From Spirochaetota bacterium (GTDB lineage Bacteria > Spirochaetota > Spirochaetia > Treponematales > UBA12059), in NCBI GenBank assembly GCA_018262985.1, contig JADFDI010000010.1, positions 9,274 through 73,273 on the forward strand: a stretch of DNA of 64,000 bases. Direction: 5' to 3'. Positions 56,641-64,000 of this stretch are shown piece after piece (the stretch's first letter is position 1; every line of letters begins with the position of its first letter). A program made the translations under genes and the position numbers. A model generated the notes under the pieces. It was not told where the DNA came from. It saw only the letters and a program-made list of their open reading frames with translations, and did no database searches.

Positions 56641-59600
56641 TCAGCGCCTTCTCGCGCGCAGTACCGCGTCCGCCAGGGCCTTGAGCTTCGGATCGCCGCC
56701 GACGCCGGGTCGGGCGCCGCCAGAGTCTATCTGGAAGAGGCCGTCGCGCAACACGATGAAGCCACCCTCCGCGGCCGCCCCTTCTTCGTCCCCTTCGTCG
56801 CCGGAGAAGCCGTCCATGCGCTCCGAGAGCTCGCCGAGTTCGAGGAGTTCGGCGAAGGCGGAGGGTGCGTCGTCGGTTCCCCCGATCGATTCGATCTCGC
56901 CCTCGGCCGCCGCGCGGAAGCGGGGACTGCCGCTTTCCGGCGAGCGGTAGGCGAAATACGAGGGCGAGACCGGCACGGCGTCAGTCGGCGCCTCGTCCTC
57001 GCGGGACTCGGCGGTGGGTAGCTCCTCGACGCGCTCGCGCTCCTCGTCCGAGAGCATCGGGATCTCGCCGTCGCGGATGGCGGAATCGTCGGCCTCCTCC
57101 TCGGCGGCGCCGGCCTCGAGCTCTGCCAGCGCGTCGGCGGGGCGCGGGGCCGAGAAACCGGCTTCCTCGCGCCAGCCTTCGAGTCCGCTCAGGTCGAGCG
57201 ACGACAGGTAGATCTCGTATTCGGCCTCGTCGAGGAGCTCGTCGGATTCCTCTTCCCCGACAGCCTCGCGGATTTCGTATGCGGCGCCGGTGGCGTCCAC
57301 GAAGACCTCGGCATCCGAGAGCACGCCGGCGACCGCCCCGCCGGTCGAAGTGTCGGATCCTGCCTCGAAGGAGCCGGCGTCGGAAGCTTCATCGAAAACC
57401 GGGACGTTCTCGATTTCCGCGCCCGCCCCGGGAGCAGCCGCCTGCACGGAACCTCCGGGCTCCCCGAGCTCCTCGAGCTCCCCGAGCTCCTCGAGTTCCC
57501 CGAGTTCCTCGAGTTCCTCGGGTTCAACGAGTTCCTCGGGCTCCGCGGGCACTTCGGACTCCGCGACATCGACCGGCTCCTCGACAGCCTCAAGCTCCTC
57601 GATGGTCTCAAGTTCCGCCAGATCCTCGATCGCTTCCGCGCCGTCGGCCCCGGCCGGCGCCGGCGGGCGCGGGGCGGCGAACCGGCATCCATCACGCGCG
57701 CCCAAGGCGGGGACAGAGCCGGACTGGTCGTCTTCGAGCGACAGCGAGGCCGCCTCCAGATCGACTGCGTCCTCGTCCCCCGCAGATCCTTCGACGAGGG
57801 CGAGGATTTCCTCGATGGCCGCTTCGTCCACGAGTTCAAGCCCGATGGATTCCGGGATGACCGGCACGTCTTCGTCCGCCTGGAAGTCGAAGATGGTGGA
57901 TCCATCATCGTCCTCGGCGAGCGCTTCGAGCTCCTCGAGTTCGTCGGACGCGCCGCCGCCCGCTTCCTCGACACCGGCTTCCGCGTCGGCCGCGGGCTCC
58001 GCACCGCCTCCGGTTTCCCCCTCGGACGCGCCGGCGCCGATGGGCGAGTAGATCCGGATGCTCGAGCCCACGGCGACGTTCTCGTCGGCGGGACCGGTCA
58101 GCAGCTCCTCGAGCTGGTCCGCCGGAGCCACGTCGCCCCAGGCGGTCAGCGAGGGCTTCTCGACGAAGACCTCGAGATCCTCGAGATCTTCCTGACCCTC
58201 CACTTCAAGGGCGCTTTCGGAAGCGAGCGCCGCTTCCTCCGTTTCGAGCTCCTCGAGCTCCTCGGCTTCCGCGAGCTCTTCGAGCTCCTCAAGCTCCCCG
58301 GCTTCGACAGGCGCTCCGGTTTCCTCAGCTTCCCCGGCTTCGGCCGGTTCCTCGGCTTCCGCGAGCTCTTCGAGTTCCTCAAGCTCCCCGGCTTCGACAG
58401 GCGCTCCGGTTTCCTCAGCTTCCTCGGCTTCGGCCGGTTCCTCGGCTTCGGCCAGTTCCTCGACTTCGGCCAGTTCCTCGGCTTCGGCCAGTTCCTCGGC
58501 TTCGGCCAGTTCCTCGGCTTCGGCCAGTTCCTCGATTTCGGCCAGTTCCTCGATTTCGTCCAGTTCCTCGGCTTCGGCCAGTTCCTCGGCTTCGGCCAGT
58601 TCCTCGGCTTCGGCCAGTTCCTCGATTTCGGCCAGTTCCTCGATTTCGTCCAGTTCCTCGGCTTCGGCCAGTTCCTCGGCTTCGGCCAGTTCCTCGGCTT
58701 CGGCCAGTTCCTCGATTTCGGCCAGTTCCTCGATTTCGTCCAGTTCCTCGGCTTCGGCCGCTTCCCCGGGTTCCTCGAACGACTCGAGGTCCTCCGCTTC
58801 CTCGACGGCGGCGGGAGCGGCGAGGGCGGCGCGCGCCCCCGCCTGGGTTTTTCCGGCTACGACTGGCGCGGGGGAGGCAGCGACGACGATGTTGCCGCCG
58901 GACAGGGCCTTGCCGAGGAGTTCCTCGAGGCGCTTCGCGTCGATGCGATCCGTTCCGCCGAGACGCGCGTCCAGGACCGCGAGGATCTCGGACCAGCCCT
59001 TGTCCACGAGCCCGTCGAGCTCGGCTTCGCGCTTCTTCGGCACCTTCCCGAGCTTGCGCCGGAGGGCGGCGCGGGCCTCGGCCCGCCGCGATTCCAGTTC
59101 GGCGCGCCAGCGGCGGAGGTCGAGCTCCCCTTCCCGTTCGAGATATTCCTCGACGAGTCCGATCTGAAAGCGCTTGACCCGGTCCGCGACCACGACGAGG
59201 GGATCCTGCCTGAGGTTGAGGACCAGGAAGGCGACGAGGAATACAGTGACGAACACGGCGCCGAGCAGCACCAGGCGCATCGCGCCGGGCAGGCGGAACC
59301 AGGAGGCGGGGGCCAGGTAACCGACGCGCTGGAAGGAACCGCGGGACGTGAACAGGACGAAATCGCCCGAGGCCTCGGAACCCGCGACCGGGACGGGTTC
59401 GTCTCCGAGCCCGCCGGACCAGGCTTCGGCGACCCGCGCCGGGAGCTCCTCGCGGCCGAAAGCGGGCACGCCCGCGAGCACGCCGGCCTCGCCGGCGAAC
59501 ACGGGCGCTTCGCCGACGGACAGCAGCCCCTCGCGGGTCAGATGGCCGGCCAGGCCGCCGCGGGACACCCAGAAGACCGCGACTCCCCGCTCCACGCCGA

Positions 59601-60147
59601 ATTCGTCGGAAAAACGGTAGGCGAAGGCGACAGCGTCCATACGGGCGTCGATGAAGACGTTCGAGTCCCGGCCGGACGGCAACGCGAAGTCCGAGTAGGG
59701 ACGGTCGGCCTCGTCGCCCCAGGCGCGATACACCGTGCGGAAGGATTCCCGCCGGAGAACGTCGCCCTCGAAGCCGGAATAGTGGAGGCGCCGGCCGTCC
59801 GCGTCGAGGACGCGGGCGCCGAGGTAGCCCGGCGTGGCCTCGGCGAGCAGGCCGAAGGCGCGGTCGCGCTCGGCGATGTCCTCGGCGGCCTGATTGGGCA
59901 GCCAGGAGCGCTTGACGGCGTCCATGGCCACGACGGCGGAAAAGCGCCCGTCGAGGGACTCGCGCCAACGCTCCATTCCTTCGGCCATGCCGCCCGCGCG
60001 GGCGGCCGCCGCCCGGGCTACGCGCGGGTTGTAGAAGCGCAGCTCGATCTCGCCGAACAGCCCGGAATAACCGAGCACGGCGAACCCGGCGAAGAGTATC
60101 ACGCCGAGCAGGAGGCTGATCGATGCTTTCTGGCCCGTAGTCATCAT
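56641..60147 (-). CDS. large membrane-anchored acidic repeat protein (1168 aa)
   Basis: TM helix, extracytoplasmic domain of about 270 aa, second TM helix, coiled-coil, then several hundred residues of Glu/Ala/Leu repeats (AEELAE, DEIEEL, ELEELGE). Confidence 0.7.
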   Translation of the reverse strand: MMTTGQKASISLLLGVILFAGFAVLGYSGLFGEIELRFYNPRVARAAAARAGGMAEGMERWRESLDGRFSAVVAMDAVKRSWLPNQAAEDIAERDRAFGLLAEATPGYLGARVLDADGRRLHYSGFEGDVLRRESFRTVYRAWGDEADRPYSDFALPSGRDSNVFIDARMDAVAFAYRFSDEFGVERGVAVFWVSRGGLAGHLTREGLLSVGEAPVFAGEAGVLAGVPAFGREELPARVAEAWSGGLGDEPVPVAGSEASGDFVLFTSRGSFQRVGYLAPASWFRLPGAMRLVLLGAVFVTVFLVAFLVLNLRQDPLVVVADRVKRFQIGLVEEYLEREGELDLRRWRAELESRRAEARAALRRKLGKVPKKREAELDGLVDKGWSEILAVLDARLGGTDRIDAKRLEELLGKALSGGNIVVAASPAPVVAGKTQAGARAALAAPAAVEEAEDLESFEEPGEAAEAEELDEIEELAEIEELAEAEELAEAEELAEAEELDEIEELAEIEELAEAEELAEAEELAEAEELDEIEELAEIEELAEAEELAEAEELAEAEELAEVEELAEAEEPAEAEEAEETGAPVEAGELEELEELAEAEEPAEAGEAEETGAPVEAGELEELEELAEAEELEELETEEAALASESALEVEGQEDLEDLEVFVEKPSLTAWGDVAPADQLEELLTGPADENVAVGSSIRIYSPIGAGASEGETGGGAEPAADAEAGVEEAGGGASDELEELEALAEDDDGSTIFDFQADEDVPVIPESIGLELVDEAAIEEILALVEGSAGDEDAVDLEAASLSLEDDQSGSVPALGARDGCRFAAPRPPAPAGADGAEAIEDLAELETIEELEAVEEPVDVAESEVPAEPEELVEPEELEELGELEELGELEELGEPGGSVQAAAPGAGAEIENVPVFDEASDAGSFEAGSDTSTGGAVAGVLSDAEVFVDATGAAYEIREAVGEEESDELLDEAEYEIYLSSLDLSGLEGWREEAGFSAPRPADALAELEAGAAEEEADDSAIRDGEIPMLSDEERERVEELPTAESREDEAPTDAVPVSPSYFAYRSPESGSPRFRAAAEGEIESIGGTDDAPSAFAELLELGELSERMDGFSGDEGDEEGAAAEGGFIVLRDGLFQIDSGGARPGVGGDPKLKALADAVLRARRR
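58261..58740. repeat. five consecutive 90-bp tandem units (2 near-identical plus 3 identical) inside the acidic protein gene
   Basis: 58471-58560, 58561-58650 and 58651-58740 are identical. 58261-58350 and 58351-58440 differ at 2 positions. The underlying unit is the 18-bp ggccagttcctcggcttc. Confidence 0.95.
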
Positions 60148-60393
60148 GCTTTGCCGCGTACCCGGCCCCGAGGGCGCGGAACGCGTACTTCGTTATCGGC
60201 CGATCGCGGTCCCGGGCCGAGTCCATTCCACGAGACCTCGCGGCCTCGCGGCGTATCGGGGCTTTACCCGCGCCGCGCGCCTTCGACTATACTGCATCCG
60301 CGCCAGCCGCGCCGCGCGAGCTCTGTCCCCGAGGCGCGTCGCAAGGCGCGTCAACCGGAAAGATCCGCCCGCACGGCGGAAGGAGTTCCCGCC

Positions 60394-63300
60394 ATGCGCT
60401 CCCGGATCAAGGCCTTCCCGCGCTTCACCCTCGCGGCGCTCCTCTCCGTTCTCGCCGCGGCGTACGGCCATGCCGACCTCTACGCCCCGAACCGCCCCCT
60501 GCTCGAGATCCGCACGGAACGCTTCGCCATCGCCTTCCCGCCGGAGCTCGAGGAAACCGCGCGACGCCTCGCCTCGTTCGCGGACTCCGCCTGGGAGGAA
60601 GTCGCCGCCAAGCTCGACCCCGAGGGGGCGGGAACGGTGAGGAGGGACGGACCGCGGATCCCCGTCATGCTCACGCCGGATTCCGGGGTAATCAACGCCT
60701 ACCGCGCGAGTTCGCCCTATGGCCGCATCGTGCTCTACGCGGCGCCCGCGGAGCTCGATTCGACGCTCGGTTCCTTCGACGACGACCTGCGCTCGGCGTT
60801 CCTCCACGAGCTGACCCACGAACTCTCGCTCTCCATCCGCTCGCCCTTCTGGCGCGCCGCGGCGGCCGTCCTCGGCGACGCCTGGGCTCCCGCCGCGCTC
60901 TGGACCGCGAGTCCGCCCATGATCGAAGGCGTCACGACAGCCTTCGAGAGCGAAGCCCCGGACGGGGGCGCGGTCGCGCAAGGCAGGGCCAATGATCCGC
61001 TTTCGATGGCGACCGTGCGGCAGGACCTCGCGGAAGGCGTCAGGCGCAGCTGGGCCCAGGCTTCGGGAGCGGGCGACCGCTACCCCTGGGGCGCCAACCA
61101 TTACCACTACGGCGGCGCCTTCTCGCGCTGGCTCCGGGAAACGCGCGGACCGCTAGCCTATGCCGCGCTCTGGAAGGAACTGGGAGCGGGGCGCCCGCTC
61201 GAGGGCGAAGGTAGCAACGCCTTCTCCTCGGGCGCGTTCGAGCGCGCGTACGGCGAGGACCTGGACGAGCTCTGGACGGCCTTCCTCGTCGCCCTGACGC
61301 CCCGGGTTCCCCTGCTCGTCCCCCGCCTGCTCGAACCGGGAGACCCAGGCCTGCGCGCGCCGACGTTCCGAGTCGTCGCGCTGGCCGCCGGCCCGGGCGC
61401 GCTGTTCGTCGCCGACGCCTCGCGGGCCGCGGTCTTCGCCTACCCGGCCGATGGCGGCCCGGTCGAGCGCCTATTCGCGATCGACGGCTACGTGTCGCGA
61501 CTCGACGCCTCGACCGACGGTACGCGGCTCCTCGTCTCGTACGCCCGGACCGGTTCGGGCCAGACGAAAGCCGAGGCTCGCGTCTGGAACCTCGAATCGG
61601 GACGTTGGGCAGACGCCCCGATCGGCAACCTCGCCGCCGCGGCTTTTTCCGGGGCTTCCTCCATCGTTGGCCTGGAGCCGGGAGCCTTCGAGGCCGACCT
61701 GGTCGAGGTGCTTCGGGACGGCTCGCGCCGTATCCTGCTCGAAGGGGGATCCGGACGGACCTACGGAGCGCCGGTGCCGCTCCCGGACGGCTCGATCGCC
61801 TTCGCCGCCGATCTCGCGGATCTCGCGGGCCCGGCCGGCGCCCCGGAGGGAGGGCGGCGCTGGACCGTGTTCCGCCTGCTGCCGGACGGTACCTTGCTCG
61901 AGCTCGCGGTCGAGGACGACGAGGGTGACGCCCTCTTCATGGCCGGAGGGGAACTCGGCTGGCCGCGCTTCCTTTCGCGCGGCCGCGGCGACGGCCTGCT
62001 TTTCTCGGTCGCGCGCGACGACGGCTTCTACCGCCTGGCCCGGCTCGAGGGAGGCGCGCTGCAGGTCATGGGCGCGGAAATCTCGGGCGGCGTCCAGAGG
62101 CCCGTCGAGCTCGCGGTTCCCGGCGGGGACAGAGCCGTGGCCTACCTCGGCGCCTTTTCCGACGGCGAACGCCTCTGCCTGCTGGATCCGGCCGCCCCGG
62201 AACTGGAAACGAGAGCCTACGAGGTCATCTGGCGCGCTTTCGAAGACAACAGGGACAGAGCTCGCACGGCCGACCCGGGTTCGTCGGCGGGCTCGGGCGG
62301 CGAGGCCGCGGGAGCGGGGACCGGAGCGGCCGACGCCGGGAAGCGCCCCGGAGCCGGGTACGAAGTCGGCGCGTGGAACCCCTGGCCCTGGATCCTGAGG
62401 CCCCTGCGCTGGCCGGTCATGGACGTGACGGTGGAAAACGGCTCCTTCCGCGCGCGCGGGCTCGGAGCCGGGGCGATGTTCGCCGATCCCGCCGAGCGCT
62501 GGATCTTCCTCGTCGAGTCCTCGTGGGATTTCGCCGCCGGAGCCGCCGATCTGTACGCGGAGCTCGCCGTATCGGCCGGTCCCTTCTCCGTGACGCTGGC
62601 CGGTCGCGACGGGTTCTCCGCGCTGGAGGACGGCAGTCCGTACCGGCTATCCGCTGGGGCGGCCTCGCTCGCGGCGGACTTTCCGCTGGTTCCGTATTGG
62701 CGGGCCCTGTCGGCCCGGTTGACCCTCGCCGCCTCCCGCCTCGCCGAGGCGCCGTCGGGAGATCCGTACGGCGGCGAGGTCGCCGCCTCCTTCGCGACCC
62801 TCGACGCGAGCGCTGCCTGGTCCAGCCTCCACCGCGAAACGCGCCGCGGAATCTTCGGCGAGGAAAGGGCGCGCGCGGGGTTCCGCTTCGCCCTCCGCGG
62901 CACGCTCGAGGCGGACGCCGAAGGCTTGGTCGAGCCCTCCGACGCGAGGCCGGCCTTTGAAGGCGCCTTCGAGCTGGCCGAGGCGCGGAGCGCCCTCTCG
63001 TTCGCGGCATGGGCCGCTTGGGCGCCGCTCGGCGGCGCGGCTTTCGGCCCCGGAGGGCGGGTTCTCGTCGACGGCGGAAGCTTTTCGCCCTCGAGCCTCC
63101 TTCCATGGTATCCTGTTGTGGGCGAGTTCGCGGGCTCCGGTCCGGCGGCGACCTTCTACGCCCAGCTCGACGCCCGGCTCACGCTCGCGGCCGTCGAGCT
63201 GCAGGGTCCGCTCCCCCTCCTGCCCGTCTACCTGGCCCGGACGATCCTCTCGGCGGGCGCGCGCTCGGCGCTGGGTCCGGAGCTCTTCCAGCCTTCGGTC

Positions 63301-63450
63301 TACGGCCGGCTCGAACTGTCGGGCTCGCCGCCCGCGGGCGGGTTGTCACGGATCAAGGCGAACGCGGCCGCGGAACTAGGCTACGCGTTCGGTCGGGCGG
63401 GCGCCCCGGGCGCGTGGGGCTGGACGCTCGGTCTCGAAATCGGGTACTGA
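60394..63450 (+). CDS. large secreted HExxH protein with beta-propeller-like middle region and OMP-like C-terminus
   Basis: RBS GGAAGGAG. Signal peptide FTLAALLSVLAAAYGHA. AFLHELTHELS (HExxH). TolB-like repeats (DGTRLLVSYA, DGSIAFAAD). Ends ...WGWTLGLEIGY (terminal aromatic). Confidence 0.65.
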   Translation: MRSRIKAFPRFTLAALLSVLAAAYGHADLYAPNRPLLEIRTERFAIAFPPELEETARRLASFADSAWEEVAAKLDPEGAGTVRRDGPRIPVMLTPDSGVINAYRASSPYGRIVLYAAPAELDSTLGSFDDDLRSAFLHELTHELSLSIRSPFWRAAAAVLGDAWAPAALWTASPPMIEGVTTAFESEAPDGGAVAQGRANDPLSMATVRQDLAEGVRRSWAQASGAGDRYPWGANHYHYGGAFSRWLRETRGPLAYAALWKELGAGRPLEGEGSNAFSSGAFERAYGEDLDELWTAFLVALTPRVPLLVPRLLEPGDPGLRAPTFRVVALAAGPGALFVADASRAAVFAYPADGGPVERLFAIDGYVSRLDASTDGTRLLVSYARTGSGQTKAEARVWNLESGRWADAPIGNLAAAAFSGASSIVGLEPGAFEADLVEVLRDGSRRILLEGGSGRTYGAPVPLPDGSIAFAADLADLAGPAGAPEGGRRWTVFRLLPDGTLLELAVEDDEGDALFMAGGELGWPRFLSRGRGDGLLFSVARDDGFYRLARLEGGALQVMGAEISGGVQRPVELAVPGGDRAVAYLGAFSDGERLCLLDPAAPELETRAYEVIWRAFEDNRDRARTADPGSSAGSGGEAAGAGTGAADAGKRPGAGYEVGAWNPWPWILRPLRWPVMDVTVENGSFRARGLGAGAMFADPAERWIFLVESSWDFAAGAADLYAELAVSAGPFSVTLAGRDGFSALEDGSPYRLSAGAASLAADFPLVPYWRALSARLTLAASRLAEAPSGDPYGGEVAASFATLDASAAWSSLHRETRRGIFGEERARAGFRFALRGTLEADAEGLVEPSDARPAFEGAFELAEARSALSFAAWAAWAPLGGAAFGPGGRVLVDGGSFSPSSLLPWYPVVGEFAGSGPAATFYAQLDARLTLAAVELQGPLPLLPVYLARTILSAGARSALGPELFQPSVYGRLELSGSPPAGGLSRIKANAAAELGYAFGRAGAPGAWGWTLGLEIGY

Positions 63451-63509
63451 ACAAGGCCCGGTCGGTCGCGCGCCGCGGTCGGCCGGCGAGCATACGTCAA
63501 GGAGACGCC

Positions 63510-64000
63510 ATGAGAAGCGACTTCGGCGAACGCGTCAAGCGCGCGGCCGCCTCGATCCCCCCGGGCTTCAAGCCCGAGACCGCCGTCATCCTCGGGTCGG
63601 GCCTTTCCGGCATCGTCGAGGGCCTCGGATACCGCGAGGTCCCCTTCGGCGAGATCGCCGAGTTCCCCAAGCCCACCGTGCAGGGCCACAAGGGCGTACT
63701 CTGCCTCTCGGGCAAGAACGCCATCATGGCCGGACGCTTCCATTACTACGAAGGCCACCCGATGGACGACGTGGTCCTCCCGATCTTCGCGCTCAAGGCC
63801 CTTGGCGTGAAAAACCTGATCCTCACCAACGCCGCGGGCGCCGTCAACGAAGCCTACGCTCCCGGCGACCTCGTGCTGATCCGCGACCACCTCAACTTGA
63901 TGGGCACCAACGCCTTCATCGGACCCAATCCCCTCGACGCCGACGGGCGCCCCTTCGGCCCCCGCTTCTTCGACATGAGCGCCATCTACGATCCCGGCCT
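63510..64000 (+). CDS. punA: purine nucleoside phosphorylase (PunA type), 3' partial
   Basis: RBS AAGGAG. AVILGSGLSG, PTVQGHKG, GRFHYYEG, LTNAAGAVN, RFFDMSAIYD. The ORF runs off the window end. Confidence 0.85.
   Translation, partial: MRSDFGERVKRAAASIPPGFKPETAVILGSGLSGIVEGLGYREVPFGEIAEFPKPTVQGHKGVLCLSGKNAIMAGRFHYYEGHPMDDVVLPIFALKALGVKNLILTNAAGAVNEAYAPGDLVLIRDHLNLMGTNAFIGPNPLDADGRPFGPRFFDMSAIYDPG

Noticed and set aside
58415-60226. 603-aa ORF with GTGRSRGTGRNR repeats
   Set aside because: A frame-shifted reading of the same 18/90-bp nucleotide repeats that encode the acidic AEELAE repeats. The acidic frame is continuous with a plausible TM / sensor N-terminus and is preferred.
486-62263. Orientation bias of the motif relative to flanking genes or to one DNA strand (KOPS/Chi-like polarity)
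   Set aside because: Exact copies split 16 versus 21 between strands. Most arrays sit in divergent intergenic regions, where any orientation is sense to one neighbour. The informative cases disagree: 24156 is sense to the downstream gene and 44573 is antisense. No bias can be claimed from this window.

Overview
High-GC (about 70-73% in hand-counted lines) bacterial chromosomal segment, densely coding on both strands, with many stop-free wrong-frame ORFs typical of GC-rich DNA. No rRNA, tRNA, CRISPR array, integrase or prophage was recognised, and taxonomy cannot be assigned from the sequence alone.

Recognisable content:
- MoxR / DUF58 / BatA-like (Bat-type) operon
- NAD salvage pair pncB-pncA
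- lower-GC PKD-like lipoprotein gene
- MFS transporter, glutaredoxin-like protein, LysO exporter
- pyrK-pyrD
- complete phosphate module: pstSCAB, phoU, and a PhoB/PhoR-like two-component pair, with a candidate Pho box upstream of pstS
- family-5 peptide-type binding protein, followed by a membrane protein and a divergent thymidine-kinase-fold protein
- MCP; ECF sigma / anti-sigma pair; AlaX-type editing protein; smc; GAF-PAS-GGDEF cyclase; kbl
- one IS200/RAYT-like Y1 transposase homolog
- PIN-PhoH2
- long minus-strand operon: large acidic repeat protein, M23 peptidase, xth, rhomboid
- HExxH protein of about 1000 aa with an OMP-like C-terminus
- 5' part of punA

The most unusual signal is not a gene. 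It is a 12-nt motif, GGGACAGAGCTC, which contains a SacI palindrome. I count at least 37 exact copies plus about 12 one-mismatch copies in 64 kb.
- It forms five direct-repeat intergenic arrays with different periods (13, 21, 30, 33 and about 63 bp).
- One array directly flanks the RAYT-like gene.
- Copies also sit inside at least seven ORFs in several reading frames, including the C-terminal tail and the stop codon of smc, and a Pro/Ala/Ser linker of a lipoprotein.
- A truncated form is fused to the Shine-Dalgarno region of phoU and kbl.

All annotations come from reading the translations and sequence by eye. No database search was run.
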